A DNA stretch of 41,483 nt from Candidatus Bathyarchaeia archaeon (GCA_049969855.1 JBMFOB010000013.1:1-41483); one strand, 5' to 3'; counted from the first letter of the stretch, positions 1 through 10,546 are shown. Translations and numbers: made by a program. The notes: generated by a model from the letters alone, not told the origin.

Positions 1-219
1 GTTAATATGCCAACAGAAGCCACAGTAGAAGATGTGAGAATGGTTTACGAGCTTGCTTGGAAATTAAAATGTAAGGGCGTAACCGTTTTCAGGTATGGAA
101 GCAAACCAGAACAAGTCTTATACATAGGAGAAATAAAAACCAAGGAAAGACAATTTGTCACGGCTGAATCTGAATATGCCGGCGGCTGCCCAACAAAGAC
201 ATGTCCATTTCCAGGCTAA
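1..219 (+). CDS. nrdJ: Class II (B12-dependent) ribonucleotide reductase, C-terminal fragment (5' partial)
   Basis: VNMP..ATVEDV...YELAWKLKCKGVTVFRYGSK..QVL motif and a C-terminal Cys pair (CPTKTC); frame is open to the window edge. Confidence 0.85.
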   Translation, partial: VNMPTEATVEDVRMVYELAWKLKCKGVTVFRYGSKPEQVLYIGEIKTKERQFVTAESEYAGGCPTKTCPFPG

Positions 220-261
220 AAGAAAGATAATTCTTTGGTCAAATGATGCAGGCGATTTGGG

Positions 262-678
262 TTATGGCATTGTTTTCATTTTGTAGCTTGTTTTAACTCC
301 AGCTTTTTCAAAAAGTTTTCCAACTGGACAATTTTCTAATGTTAGCTTGAAAATTCTTTGAATTTTATCTTCTGAAGCTTCAGCTTTAACGTGAATATCA
401 AAATCAGCTTCGGTTATTGTTCCAGCTTCATCTGACTTTGTGGCTTCCAATTTAACATCCAAATCTTTTAATGGAACACGCATTTTCTTGGCTGTCAAAG
501 CGAAAATAGTTGCAAAACATCCAGCATAACTCATTACAGCGCATTCAAGGGCTGTTGGTCCCATGTCTGAGCCAAGTTCTGGGGGAAGGTCAAGGCATAT
601 GCTGTGGGCTCTTCCATCGTCAACCGCTACTCTTAACTCTTTAACCAACTTTGCATTTGCATGAAGTTTTTGTGCCAA
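262..678 (-). CDS. OsmC/Ohr family protein
   Basis: GPTALE...AGC and ENCPV two-Cys pattern; SD GGAGGTG upstream. Confidence 0.85.
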   Translation of the reverse strand: MAQKLHANAKLVKELRVAVDDGRAHSICLDLPPELGSDMGPTALECAVMSYAGCFATIFALTAKKMRVPLKDLDVKLEATKSDEAGTITEADFDIHVKAEASEDKIQRIFKLTLENCPVGKLFEKAGVKTSYKMKTMP

Positions 679-715
679 ATTTTCACCTCCTTTAAACTAT
701 AAAAAATAAGGAAAT

Positions 716-1357
716 TTAGGGAATTTTCTTTTTGCATAGGAACCAGTCTACGCATTCGTAGCCTTCCTGCAAACGCTTTTCAGCTCCATCTTGCGTGAGA
801 GGCGGTGGGACAATAACTGCGTCACCTAGACGCCAATTGGCTGACAAAGCAACCTTGTATTTGTCGGCTGTTTGCAGGGCGTCAACAACCCTTAAAATTT
901 CGTCCATGTTTCTTCCAACATTTAATGGATAATATATCATGGCTCTCAGCGTCATTTCTGGGTCTATGAAGAACACTGCACGCACGGCAGAGGTGGCGCT
1001 CATGCCTGGATGAATCATGCCGAAAAGTGTGGCAACTTTCATGTCTAAGTCGGCTATTACTGGAAATGGAATTTCTACACCTAACTTTTCTTTTATTCGT
1101 CTAACCCATGCTATGTGGGAGTAAACGCTGTCTATGCTTAAACCGATTAGTTGAACGTTTCTTTTCACAAGTTCATCGTGGATTTTTGCAAAAGCAACAA
1201 ACTCTGTTGTGCAGACAGGTGTGAAATCTGCTGGGTGAGAAAATAGAATAATCCATTTTCCCTTGAAATCTGAAAGCTTAATCTTTCCATGCGTGGTTAT
1301 TGCTTCAAAATCTGGAACTGGTTCACCAAGTCTCAATAAAGGTCTTTTTTCTTCCAT
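716..1357 (-). CDS. Peroxiredoxin (archaeal Prx6 type)
   Basis: [14 protein letters not shown] active site, [10 protein letters not shown]-terminal CVDWFLC; start placed at ATG 1357 after GGAGG (track start 1372). Confidence 0.95.
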   Translation of the reverse strand: MEEKRPLLRLGEPVPDFEAITTHGKIKLSDFKGKWIILFSHPADFTPVCTTEFVAFAKIHDELVKRNVQLIGLSIDSVYSHIAWVRRIKEKLGVEIPFPVIADLDMKVATLFGMIHPGMSATSAVRAVFFIDPEMTLRAMIYYPLNVGRNMDEILRVVDALQTADKYKVALSANWRLGDAVIVPPPLTQDGAEKRLQEGYECVDWFLCKKKIP

Positions 1358-1420
1358 TTTATCAACCTCCATTCGTTTTTCGGAACAAAAAACTTTTATC
1401 TCAGACTATTTTATATACAT

Positions 1421-1461
1421 TTCGGATAAAAATAGACGAAATTCAGATAATAAATTACGAA
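1421..1461 (+). promoter_or_regulatory. Tandem TTCR-N12-CGAA boxes upstream of lrpA (putative operator)
   Basis: TTCGGATAAAAATAGACGAA (1421-1440) and TTCAGATAATAAATTACGAA (1442-1461), just downstream of TTTTATATA. Confidence 0.45.
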
Positions 1462-1468
1462 AATAGGA

Positions 1469-1912
1469 ATGACGCAAATGTCAACTTTAGATAAAATTGA
1501 CGCGAAAATTCTTCAAATGCTAGAAGAAGATGGGCGAAGGTCCTTCACCGAAATAGCTGAAAAACTGAAAATAAATGAGTCAACGGTCAGAAAAAGGGTT
1601 TTAGCCATGCAGAAAGAAGGAGTAATAAAAAGGTTCACAGTCCAGGTTGACCCAAGAAAACTGGGAATAAACACTGTTGCCATAGTGGGATTGGAAACTG
1701 ACCCACCCAAACTTTTAGAAGTAGCCCAAAAACTCTGCGAATTTTCAGAAATTAAATGCGTTGCTACCTCCACTGGAGACCACATGATAATGACGGAAAT
1801 CTGGACAAGAGACGGAAGGGAACTTACAAAACTTATATCCGAGAAAATTGGAACTATGGAAGGGGTAAAGAGGGTTTGCCCAGCAATAATTTTAGAGAAA
1901 TTGAAAGAATAA
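1469..1912 (+). CDS. lrpA: Lrp/AsnC regulator, LrpA-like
   Basis: N-terminal HTH; STGDHMIM and C-terminal VCPAIILEKLK as in Pyrococcus LrpA. Confidence 0.85.
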   Translation: MTQMSTLDKIDAKILQMLEEDGRRSFTEIAEKLKINESTVRKRVLAMQKEGVIKRFTVQVDPRKLGINTVAIVGLETDPPKLLEVAQKLCEFSEIKCVATSTGDHMIMTEIWTRDGRELTKLISEKIGTMEGVKRVCPAIILEKLKE

Positions 1913-1933
1913 TAAAATGGATGGTGAGCCTAA

Positions 1934-2581
1934 GTGAGTTTGATACCTGAAGAACATAAGGAGCACATTAAAGCCGAACTTCGAGAGAAAATGGAGAATC
2001 CAGTGAAAATTATCATGTTCACCCAAGAAGTTGAATGCCAGTTCTGCGCGCAGACAAGACAGTTAATCAATGAGTTGGCAGCCTTAAGTGATAAGATTAA
2101 AGTTGAAATTTACGATTTCCTCGCGAATGCTGAGAAGGCTAAAGAATACGGCGTTGATAAAGTTCCAGCATTAATCGTTATGGGCGAAAAAGATTATGGG
2201 ATAAGGTTTTATGGAATGCCCTACGGTTATGAATTCCAAACCATTCTTGAAAGCATAATAAATGTTTCGAGGGGAAGAACAGATCTTTCAGAAGAAACAA
2301 AGAATAAGCTTAAAGAAATCAAAAGCCCAGTTCACATTCAAGTTTTTGTAACCTTGACATGTCCATACTGTCCAATGGTTGCAAGCACAGCCCAAAAATT
2401 TGCCATAGAAAACGATATGGTAAGGGCAGATGTGATTGATATAAGCGAATTCCCTCACTTAGCCCTAAAATATGCTGTCATGGGAACACCAAAGGCTGTC
2501 ATAAATGAGAAGGTGGAATTTGTTGGAGCCTTTCCTGAAGACTTATTCTTGGAACATGTGCTGCTTGCCACCACCACCTAG
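1934..2581 (+). CDS. Protein disulfide oxidoreductase (PDO, two thioredoxin folds)
   Basis: CQFC and CPYC motifs, GIRFYGMPYGYEF. Confidence 0.9.
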   Translation: MSLIPEEHKEHIKAELREKMENPVKIIMFTQEVECQFCAQTRQLINELAALSDKIKVEIYDFLANAEKAKEYGVDKVPALIVMGEKDYGIRFYGMPYGYEFQTILESIINVSRGRTDLSEETKNKLKEIKSPVHIQVFVTLTCPYCPMVASTAQKFAIENDMVRADVIDISEFPHLALKYAVMGTPKAVINEKVEFVGAFPEDLFLEHVLLATTT

Positions 2582-2584
2582 GTT

Positions 2585-3382
2585 TTGAACTTGACAAACA
2601 AAGAAATCTTAAACCTAACTTTCATTTATAGCGGAGAATTTGCAGAACGGGTTATAAGAAACTTGATAAATGACCCGAGCTTCTGCAAATCTTGTGGACT
2701 TTACTGCGACTCTTGCAAATACAATGTTTACAGTTTCGTCCGCAACATTCGGGCAGCAATACAACTTCCAAAGCCTTCTGAACTGCCAGCGTTTATAGAT
2801 AATCCCGAAGAGTATATGCCAAAGAAGATTCCGAAAGCCGATTTATGCGTAGCATCCGGACTGCACAAAGACTTGCTTTTGGAACTGCCAAAGCACATAC
2901 AAAAAGTTGGAATTAAAGGGTTGATTGCACCCATTGAAGATTTTAATGAGGTCCCCTCTGGCTTGAAAAAGCAAGTGGAAGAAAGATGTTTAGATTTTGG
3001 ATTGGAAAATGCTTTTCCGAAACCTTTCTGTTCTTTGGAACCTTCAAGAGACAAGCCGACAATTTCAAGGTTTATAGATGAAATGAAAATTGGAAGACCA
3101 TCATTAGAAATAGCAGTTGCGAAAAGAGGCAAACAAGACTTCATCGAATCTGCAATTGTGAGGCGGAGTGCCCCATGCGGTTCCACATGGTACATAGCAA
3201 AAAAACTCGTGGGAGTTGAACTGAAAAAAGATATCCTTTACGACGCAATAGCAAAAGCTCATCACAGTTACCCATGCACGGCAACGATGAATATTGACCC
3301 TGAAGTTGGAGAGCCCATACTTCACATGGGTGGTTACATCATACGGGAAGAAGTGGAGAAAGCCTTGAAATGGTTGGGATAG
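2585..3382 (+). CDS. DUF166 family protein
   Basis: PKPFCSL, RSAPCGSTW and HHSYPC motifs; N-terminal Cys cluster. Confidence 0.75.
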   Translation: MNLTNKEILNLTFIYSGEFAERVIRNLINDPSFCKSCGLYCDSCKYNVYSFVRNIRAAIQLPKPSELPAFIDNPEEYMPKKIPKADLCVASGLHKDLLLELPKHIQKVGIKGLIAPIEDFNEVPSGLKKQVEERCLDFGLENAFPKPFCSLEPSRDKPTISRFIDEMKIGRPSLEIAVAKRGKQDFIESAIVRRSAPCGSTWYIAKKLVGVELKKDILYDAIAKAHHSYPCTATMNIDPEVGEPILHMGGYIIREEVEKALKWLG

Positions 3383-3412
3383 TTTTAAATTAGGCTTTGA
3401 GAAGGCTTTGTT

Positions 3413-3811
3413 ATGCATGAATGGGCTTTAGCAGAGGCAATTGTCACAACAGCTTCTCAAATAGCGGAAAAGGAAGGATTAAGCGAAGTTACAGAAGTGA
3501 AAATAAAGATTGGCGAACTGCAGCAAGTTGAGTCTGACATTTTGGAATTCGCTCTCTCGCAACTTAAAAGTGGAAAACTCAAAAAGGCAAAATTTCAAAT
3601 AGAAACTATGAAGGCAAAATTGAAATGCAGAGTCTGTGGAAACCAATGGTTCTTTAGCAAAGAAAATTTGGACGAAAAAACGGCAGAAGCCATTCATTTT
3701 GTTCCAGAAATCGCCCACACGTACATTAGATGTCCAAAATGTGGAAGCCCAGACTTTGAGATACTAGAAGGACGCGGAATTTGGCTTGAAAGTGTTAAAG
3801 GACTGAAATAG
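3413..3811 (+). CDS. hypA: Hydrogenase nickel metallochaperone HypA
   Basis: MHE N-terminus, two CxxC motifs, Thermococcales-type insertion. Confidence 0.93.
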   Translation: MHEWALAEAIVTTASQIAEKEGLSEVTEVKIKIGELQQVESDILEFALSQLKSGKLKKAKFQIETMKAKLKCRVCGNQWFFSKENLDEKTAEAIHFVPEIAHTYIRCPKCGSPDFEILEGRGIWLESVKGLK

Positions 3812-3812
3812 C

Positions 3813-4535
3813 ATGACTGACCCAAGAATCAACATAATAAACGAGAGGATTAGGCAAATTCGCAACATAATCGCTGTTTCAAGCGGCAAGGGCGGAGTTG
3901 GCAAAAGTTTAGTGGCATCGACCCTCGCGTTAACTCTGGCAAAAAATGGTTGCAGTGTTGGTCTCTTTGATTTGGATTTTACAAGTCCATCAACACATGT
4001 AATATTAGGCATTGAGGGCGTACAACCTAAAGAAGATAAGGGTTTGGTTCCGCCCCTTGTGTATGGTTTAAAGTATATGTCGATAGTTTATTATTCAGGC
4101 GAATATGCATCGCCATTAAGAGGGGTGGATGTTTCCAACGCTTTAATTGAGTTACTTGCAATCACAAGGTGGGATAAGCTTGATTTTCTGGTTGTGGACA
4201 TGCCACCCGGTATAGGGGACGCAACCTTAGACCTATTACGGCTAATCAAAAACATAAAATTCTTAATCGTAACTACTTCTTCGCTTTTAGCTTTTGAAAC
4301 AGTTAGAAAATTGGTAAGCTTATTGAAAACGCTGAAGGTTCCCATATTGGGCGTTGTTGAAAACATGAAAATGAATAATTCTAAGGCTATACAGCAAGGG
4401 GTCCAAAATTTGGGTGTCACATTTTTGGGTGAAATTCCCTTTGACGTCAAAGTTGAAGAATCAATAGGAAAAACAGACAAGCTTTTAAAAACGGTGTTTG
4501 CAGAAAAAGTTGGCGAAATAGTTTCGAAAATTTAG
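3813..4535 (+). CDS. Mrp/MinD-family P-loop ATPase, probably ATPase-type HypB
   Basis: SGKGGVGKS, DMPPG, VENM; lacks the ApbC CxxC; directly follows hypA. Confidence 0.8.
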   Translation: MTDPRINIINERIRQIRNIIAVSSGKGGVGKSLVASTLALTLAKNGCSVGLFDLDFTSPSTHVILGIEGVQPKEDKGLVPPLVYGLKYMSIVYYSGEYASPLRGVDVSNALIELLAITRWDKLDFLVVDMPPGIGDATLDLLRLIKNIKFLIVTTSSLLAFETVRKLVSLLKTLKVPILGVVENMKMNNSKAIQQGVQNLGVTFLGEIPFDVKVEESIGKTDKLLKTVFAEKVGEIVSKI

Positions 4536-4921
4536 GCTTTTACTTTTTTCTTTTTAGGCGTGTTTTTTGCAGATTTGCCTTGCATCATGGCATCTTCCAG
4601 AGAGTTTGCCTTACGAAGCTCTTGCATGTACCAGTTTCTATCTCTGGAATAGTTTATGCCAGAAGCTATCCCAAAAAACATTAAAGATAAACCACTAATT
4701 ATCATGGCTAATCCTAAGACTGCGCCTGGATGTGCCTGTGCGTAGTATGGTATGAAAAAGAACCAGTCTGGTTCTCCGAGCAAGATTACTTTAGCCAAAC
4801 TTATGGTTTCTAGCATTCCACCCACAAAGAACATTACTCCAGCCAGAAACATGAGATATGCTACAGATTCATTGTGCCTTGACTCTTCAGCTTTCTCATG
4901 TAAATAATCTCTGAATGACAT
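4532..4921 (-). CDS. Hypothetical membrane protein (2 TM segments)
   Basis: Two hydrophobic segments and a basic tail. Confidence 0.7.
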   Translation of the reverse strand: MSFRDYLHEKAEESRHNESVAYLMFLAGVMFFVGGMLETISLAKVILLGEPDWFFFIPYYAQAHPGAVLGLAMIISGLSLMFFGIASGINYSRDRNWYMQELRKANSLEDAMMQGKSAKNTPKKKKVKA

Positions 4922-5029
4922 AAGCGTTCAAATATGTCAAATTATCGAACGTGTACGTAAATATTATTATGTGAAAATAAACATTGCACATATGAATTAG
5001 TAATAAGCGCAAACGAGAGGGATGGTGTC

Positions 5030-5776
5030 TTGCCGTTGATTAAAGCAATTATTTTCGATTTCATCGGCACATTAACAAATGTTAAAAATTACAGTTTAGA
5101 AAATTCGAAAATGAAGCTGTATCGGGCTATAGTGGACGCAGGCTTTAATGTTGACGTTAAAAGTTTTCTGGATGCTTACAGTCAAGCCCATGAAAAATAC
5201 CGTGTCATAAGATACGAAAAATTGGTGGAAGTGACAAACGCCGTTTGGATTTCAGAAGCCTTAAACAGTCTAGGGTTCAAAGCAACACCCGAAGATTCAC
5301 GCGTAAAAACAGCCGTTAACATGTTCTTTGAAGATTATTTGAATGGGCTGGAGCTTAGACCTTGCGTAAAAAGACTCTTAGAGAAAGCTTCAATAGAATA
5401 TAAGTTGGGTATGATTTCAAATTTCACATATGCACCTGTAATTTATGCGGGTCTCAGAAATTTGGGCATAAGCCAGTTTTTCAATGTTGTTTTGGTTTCG
5501 GAAGAAGTGGGCTGGCGAAAACCTCACATAAAAATCTTTCAAGAAGCCTTAAGAAGGCTTGGAGTGACAGCGGAAGAGGCAGTTTATGTTGGAGACAGCC
5601 CAGCAGAAGATATTATGGGCGCGAAAGCTGTGGGAATGGAAACAGTCTTTGTCTTATCGCAGTTTTATTCGCTTAACGACTTGAAGGAAAACCAACAAAA
5701 ACCAGACTTCATCACAAAAGACATATGCACACTTTACACAATGTTTCCTAAATTTTTGAAACAAATAAACCGTTAA
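5030..5776 (+). CDS. HAD-superfamily hydrolase
   Basis: IIFDFIGTL, ISN, RKP, VGDS...D motifs. Confidence 0.9.
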   Translation: MPLIKAIIFDFIGTLTNVKNYSLENSKMKLYRAIVDAGFNVDVKSFLDAYSQAHEKYRVIRYEKLVEVTNAVWISEALNSLGFKATPEDSRVKTAVNMFFEDYLNGLELRPCVKRLLEKASIEYKLGMISNFTYAPVIYAGLRNLGISQFFNVVLVSEEVGWRKPHIKIFQEALRRLGVTAEEAVYVGDSPAEDIMGAKAVGMETVFVLSQFYSLNDLKENQQKPDFITKDICTLYTMFPKFLKQINR

Positions 5777-6011
5777 TTTTGTTTTCGTCCATTTTAGGTG
5801 TAAAAATCAAAACCAATAGGAGCCATATCTTCCAAGATTCTGCCCGTGCACTTGAGCTTATGAAGCAATGAAATCGAGGAAATGTTAGCTTAAAGTTATG
5901 TGGTTTTTGCTGCTTGTAAAGCGTAAAATAGGCTAAAAACAACTTTAAACGACGGAAAACCATATAAATCGCTATAACGCTGTTCAATTGCACAGTTGGA
6001 GTGAATACGAA

Positions 6012-6494
6012 GTGCCAAAATGGGGATACTCAATAACAGAAGAATTAGACCCAGAAAAAACCGTTAAGGTAAGCGGAAGAGAAGTTAGGGTATCCCATAA
6101 ATCGGCACGAGAAATATGTAGAACAATTAAGGGGATGAACCTTACCCAAGCAAAGCAATATTTAAAGGGTGTCATGACCAAAAAGAGAGCCGTCCCCTTC
6201 AGAAGGTTCAAGAAGAAAGCTGGACACCGCCATGGATTAGAAAAAGCTTATGCTGGCAGATACCCAGTGAAAGCCGCAAAACATATCCTTAAACTATTGG
6301 AAGGCGCAGAAGCAAACGCTGAATATAAAGGCTTAGACACAGATAGAATGCGAATAATCCACGCAGCAGCCTATCCGGGAATGAAAATGAAACGTTTTAT
6401 GCCGAGAGCCCATGGAAGAGCAACACCAGATTTTGAAACCCTCTGCCACATAGAACTTGCCCTAGAAGAACAACCAGAAACAGGGGAAACTTGA
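6012..6494 (+). CDS. rpl22: 50S ribosomal protein L22
   Basis: PKWGYS, GRYPVKAA, PRAHGRA; GTG start at 6012. Confidence 0.95.
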   Translation: MPKWGYSITEELDPEKTVKVSGREVRVSHKSAREICRTIKGMNLTQAKQYLKGVMTKKRAVPFRRFKKKAGHRHGLEKAYAGRYPVKAAKHILKLLEGAEANAEYKGLDTDRMRIIHAAAYPGMKMKRFMPRAHGRATPDFETLCHIELALEEQPETGET

Positions 6495-7159
6495 TGTCTG
6501 CCGTCCAACATTTTATAATCGAATCAAAAAAGAAAACAGAAATCGACGAATTTCTGCAGAAGAAACTTGAAAAAGCAGGCTACGGCGGAGTATCCATATC
6601 AAAAACTCCCTTAGGAACACACATCGTAATTTACGCGATGCGTCCTGGTTTGGTGATAGGACGCGGCGGAGAAACAATAAAAGAACTTGCAAGCACATTG
6701 GAAGAGAAATTTAAAGTTTCAAATCCTCAAATTTCCGTTTCAGAAATTGAAATTCCAGAACTGAACGCTTATGTTGTTGCTTCGCGTGTTGCTTCAGCCC
6801 TTGAAAGGGGCGTGCATTTTAGGCGGGCTGGTTTTTGGGCTTTAAACCAAGTTATGGAAGCTGGAGCCTTAGGTGCAGAAATAATCATAAGCGGCAAATT
6901 GCGAACTGAAAGGGCGAGGTTTGAAAAGTTTAGGGCTGGATACATGCCGAAATGTGGAGACCCAGCATTAAAGTATATGCGGAAAGCTGAAGTTCACGTT
7001 CAACTGAAACCAGGCATATTCGGCATAAGAGTTAGAATAATGCCTCCAGACGCAGTTTTTCCAGACAAAATCCAAATAGCTGAAACCATGCCGCCAGAAG
7101 GGCCAACAGAAACAGCTCCTGAAGAGAAAAAAGAAGAGGAAAAGGAGGAAAGCGAGTAA
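6494..7159 (+). CDS. rps3: 30S ribosomal protein S3
   Basis: KH domain RPGLVIGRGG; acidic tail. Confidence 0.96.
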   Translation: MSAVQHFIIESKKKTEIDEFLQKKLEKAGYGGVSISKTPLGTHIVIYAMRPGLVIGRGGETIKELASTLEEKFKVSNPQISVSEIEIPELNAYVVASRVASALERGVHFRRAGFWALNQVMEAGALGAEIIISGKLRTERARFEKFRAGYMPKCGDPALKYMRKAEVHVQLKPGIFGIRVRIMPPDAVFPDKIQIAETMPPEGPTETAPEEKKEEEKEESE

Positions 7160-7396
7160 ATGCCAATAATGCGCCTTAAAGAAATACGCGACATGTCCTC
7201 TGATGAGCGAATGAAAAAGCTCACAGAGCTAAAAACAGAGCTTCTAAGGTTAAAAACCATGGTCAAGGCAGGCGGCACAGTTGAAAATCCAGCGAGAATG
7301 AAGGAACTGCGCAAAACAATCGCCCAAATACTAACCATAGAAAGGGAGCAAAAAATTGGAACCAAAGAAGCCGAAAAAGGAGAGAAAAAGAAATGA
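7160..7396 (+). CDS. rpl29: 50S ribosomal protein L29
   Basis: ENPARMKELRKTIAQILT; operon position. Confidence 0.95.
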   Translation: MPIMRLKEIRDMSSDERMKKLTELKTELLRLKTMVKAGGTVENPARMKELRKTIAQILTIEREQKIGTKEAEKGEKKK

Positions 7397-7674
7397 AAAT
7401 AACCCCCGACATAATCCGCGGCGAATTCATTGGGACAGAAGCCAAAATTTCTAAAAGCAAACATTCAGGTTATGTTGGGTTGTCAGGCAAGATAATAGAT
7501 GAAACCCGAAACACCTTCACAATTCTACATGAAGGAAAAAGGAAAAAAATCGTAAAAAATTCAGCCATTTTTCACTTCAAGTTTTTTGATGGGACCATCG
7601 TTGAAATTGACGGAAAACTTCTTTTAGGAAGACCCGAAGACCGTCTCAAAAAACATGTTAAGAGGTTATGGTGA
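7393..7674 (+). CDS. rnp1: RNase P protein component 1 (Rpp29)
   Basis: [21 protein letters not shown]. Confidence 0.92.
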   Translation: MKITPDIIRGEFIGTEAKISKSKHSGYVGLSGKIIDETRNTFTILHEGKRKKIVKNSAIFHFKFFDGTIVEIDGKLLLGRPEDRLKKHVKRLW

Positions 7675-7991
7675 TGCCGCTGTCCTTTAAGAAACCTAAG
7701 AAAACTTGTGACGATAGAAATTGTCCTTTTCATGGAGACCTTCCAGTAAGGGGTCGCATACTGGATGGTTATGTTGTAAGCGCAAAAATGGATAAGACTG
7801 TCATAGTGAAGAGGGATTATCTCCATTATGTTCCAAAAGTTATGAGGTATGAAAGGAGACACAGCCGCATTCCATCCCACAATCCGCCTTGTATAGATGC
7901 AAAAGAGGGAGACCGCGTGATAATCGCCGAATGCAGACCCATAAGCAAAACCGTATCCTTTGTTGTTGTGGAAAAGATGGAGGAAAAGTAA
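7668..7991 (+). CDS. rps17: 30S ribosomal protein S17
   Basis: [13 protein letters not shown]. Confidence 0.96.
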   Translation: MVMPLSFKKPKKTCDDRNCPFHGDLPVRGRILDGYVVSAKMDKTVIVKRDYLHYVPKVMRYERRHSRIPSHNPPCIDAKEGDRVIIAECRPISKTVSFVVVEKMEEK

Positions 7992-7992
7992 A

Positions 7993-8433
7993 GTGGCGGC
8001 AAAGGCGAAACAAAGGGCGTTAGTTGCAAAGGGAATGATTGGATTTGGACCGAAAATTTCAAGGGAACTTCCAGTTGGTTCAATTTTAAGATGCGCCGAT
8101 AACACAGGCGCCAGAGAACTAAGATTGGTTCAAGTTATGGGATATAAGGGAAGACTACGTCGTTATCCATCCGCAGCCGTCGGAGACAGAGTTGTAGTTT
8201 CTGTTAGACATGGAACGCCAGACATGAGAAAGAAAATTTTCCAAGCAGTAGTCGTAAGACAAAGAAAGCCCTTCAGAAGAGATGACGGCGTTTGGGTCCA
8301 ATTTGAAGACAACGCTGCAGTAATAATAACCCCAGACGGAGAAATGAAGGGTTCAGAAATCCGTGGACCCGTGGCAAAGGAGGCTGCTGAAAGATGGCCA
8401 AGAATAGCAAGCGCCGCCAGCATAATAATATAA
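7993..8433 (+). CDS. rpl14: 50S ribosomal protein L14
   Basis: [26 protein letters not shown]; GTG start at 7993. Confidence 0.96.
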   Translation: MAAKAKQRALVAKGMIGFGPKISRELPVGSILRCADNTGARELRLVQVMGYKGRLRRYPSAAVGDRVVVSVRHGTPDMRKKIFQAVVVRQRKPFRRDDGVWVQFEDNAAVIITPDGEMKGSEIRGPVAKEAAERWPRIASAASIII

Positions 8434-8444
8434 GGTGAAAGTGC

Positions 8445-9056
8445 ATGCAAACGGTAAAGACTGTAACAAAACCGGCAAAGCAGAGAAAAATGGTTTTCCA
8501 GGCTCCAGACCACATACGCTACAAACTCTTTGCTGCTCCAGTTTCGCCGGAACTTAGAAAATCTCATGGAGTAAAAAGTATCCCTGTCAGAAGCGGCGAC
8601 ACCGTGCGAATTATGCGAGGAGACCACAAGGGATTTGAAGGAAAAATTGCGAGGGTTGACCGAGAAAAATATAGGATTTATGTTGAAGGCTTAACGAGAG
8701 AAAAGGTTGATGGAACCACAACATTTGTTCCAATTCACCCATCAAAAGTTATGATTACACGCTTAAATCTTGACGATAAATGGCGAAGAAAAATCTTAGA
8801 AAGGAAAAAAGAAGCGAGAAAGAAGTTAGAAGAGGCTGCAGAAAAAAAAGTTCCAGAAAAAGTTGAAGAAATTAAAGAAGAGGTTATTGAGGAAAAAGTT
8901 GCTATTGAAGAAGAAAAACCGAAAAGAAGAAGGAGAAAGGCGCCTAAAAAACCAACTGCAAAAGAAGCTGAAAAGGTAGAGAAAGAAGAGAAACCGAAAG
9001 CAAAGAAAACAAGAGCCAAACGCAAGGCTTCAAAGAAAACTGAAGGAGGAGAATGA
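8445..9056 (+). CDS. rpl24: 50S ribosomal protein L24 with long K/E-rich tail
   Basis: KOW motif GDTVRIMRG, IHPSKV. Confidence 0.95.
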   Translation: MQTVKTVTKPAKQRKMVFQAPDHIRYKLFAAPVSPELRKSHGVKSIPVRSGDTVRIMRGDHKGFEGKIARVDREKYRIYVEGLTREKVDGTTTFVPIHPSKVMITRLNLDDKWRRKILERKKEARKKLEEAAEKKVPEKVEEIKEEVIEEKVAIEEEKPKRRRRKAPKKPTAKEAEKVEKEEKPKAKKTRAKRKASKKTEGGE

Positions 9057-9817
9057 TTTTGGGCAAGAAAGGAGAATCAACAGGGCTGAAGCGCAAACCA
9101 GCGCCGAGATTTTGGCCAATCCACAGAAAAGAGTTCGTTTGGGTGATAAAACCGTCTCCAGGACCGCATTCTCTTGAAAGTTGTCTGCCGTTAACCATAA
9201 TATTACGTGATATTCTCGGATTCGCCAAAACAAGGAAAGAGGCTAAAACAATAGTTTCTCAAGGAAAAATGTATGTGGATGGAAAGGTTAGACGCGAAGA
9301 CGATTTTCCAGCGGGTTTGATGGATGTCATTTCCGTGCCAGACGTTGATAAACACTTTCGCATATTACCATCCAAGAAAGGCTTAATGCTCCATCCAATC
9401 ACCAAGGAGGAAGCAAGCTTCAAGCTTTGCAGAATAGAAAACAAAACAACAGTAAAAAATGGGCATGTTCAGCTTAACCTTCATGATGGTTCAAACATGT
9501 TGGTAAAGGTGGCTGACCCAAAAAATCCGCAAGAAGACGTTTACGAAACTTTTGACACTGTGAAGATGAATCTTCCAGATAGGCAAATTCTTGAGCATAT
9601 AAAATTGAAGGAAAAGAGTTTCGTCATAATAACTGGTGGAAAAAATATTGGAAAATATGGCAGAGTAATCACAATTGAAAGTGTAAAGGGGAAGAAGCGA
9701 AGAAATGCTCTTGTCGTAATAGAGGACGAAAAGGGCAACCGTTACCAAACAACGTTGAACTTCGTTTTTGCAATAGGCGAAGAACAACCACTAATATCAG
9801 TTCCGGAGGCAATTTAA
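9053..9817 (+). CDS. rps4e: 30S ribosomal protein S4e
   Basis: PSPGPH, GLMDVI, QLNLHDG. Confidence 0.96.
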   Translation: MILGKKGESTGLKRKPAPRFWPIHRKEFVWVIKPSPGPHSLESCLPLTIILRDILGFAKTRKEAKTIVSQGKMYVDGKVRREDDFPAGLMDVISVPDVDKHFRILPSKKGLMLHPITKEEASFKLCRIENKTTVKNGHVQLNLHDGSNMLVKVADPKNPQEDVYETFDTVKMNLPDRQILEHIKLKEKSFVIITGGKNIGKYGRVITIESVKGKKRRNALVVIEDEKGNRYQTTLNFVFAIGEEQPLISVPEAI

Positions 9818-9818
9818 G

Positions 9819-10358
9819 TTGTCTGAAGATGAAATCCGCAAAATGTGGGAAGAAAATCCAACGCTTAAACCTAAAATCGAAAAGGTCGTTGTAAACATTA
9901 GCGTTGGAAAATCTGGAGATCCTTTAGAGAAAGCCTCAAAAGTGTTGAAGGAATTAACAGGCCAAACTCCATGTAAAAGAAAAGCAAAGAAAACCATAAG
10001 GGATTTTGGAATAAGAAAGGGCGAACCAATATCGTGCATTGTAACACTTAGAAAACAAAAAGCAACAGAATTTTTAAAGAAAGTTTTGCCAGTAATCGAC
10101 AACAAAATCCCAAAGGAACACTTCGATGAACACGGCAACTTCTCTTTCGGCATAAAAGAACACATTGAAATTTCAGGAGTAAAATACGACCCAGAAATAG
10201 GCATATTCGGCATGGACATATGCGTCTCTCTAAGCCGTCCAGGATATCGGGTTAAAAACCGTCGAAAAAGAAAAACGCAGATTGGTGCAAAACACATCCT
10301 AACGCCTCAAGAAGCCATGATTTTCGTTAAGGACAGTTTAGGAGTTGAAATAGTATAA
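9819..10358 (+). CDS. rpl5: 50S ribosomal protein L5
   Basis: FGIRKGEPI, GNFSFGIKEHI, YDPEIGIFG. Confidence 0.96.
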   Translation: MSEDEIRKMWEENPTLKPKIEKVVVNISVGKSGDPLEKASKVLKELTGQTPCKRKAKKTIRDFGIRKGEPISCIVTLRKQKATEFLKKVLPVIDNKIPKEHFDEHGNFSFGIKEHIEISGVKYDPEIGIFGMDICVSLSRPGYRVKNRRKRKTQIGAKHILTPQEAMIFVKDSLGVEIV

Positions 10359-10375
10359 ATTAGGAGAAAATAAGC

Positions 10376-10540
10376 ATGGGCAAACAAAAACCTAAAAAGG
10401 AAAGAAAACATGGAAAGGGAACAAGACCATGCAGCCGATGCGGCTCCTATGGACCTGTTATTCGACGCTACAATTTATATTTATGTCGCCATTGTTTTAG
10501 GGAGGTAGCCAAAAAACTCGGTTTCAAAAAGTATGAGTGA
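10376..10540 (+). CDS. rps14: 30S ribosomal protein S14 type Z (54 aa; not in ORF track)
   Basis: Manual translation [54 protein letters not shown]; SD AGGAG; lies between rpl5 and rps8. Confidence 0.95.
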   Translation: MGKQKPKKERKHGKGTRPCSRCGSYGPVIRRYNLYLCRHCFREVAKKLGFKKYE

Positions 10541-10546
10541 TCGGAA

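Noticed and set aside
2579-2587. PDO-DUF166 fusion by TAG readthrough (same frame, one codon apart)
   Set aside because: Both proteins look complete, a shared frame occurs one time in three by chance, and TAG is a normal stop in this window.
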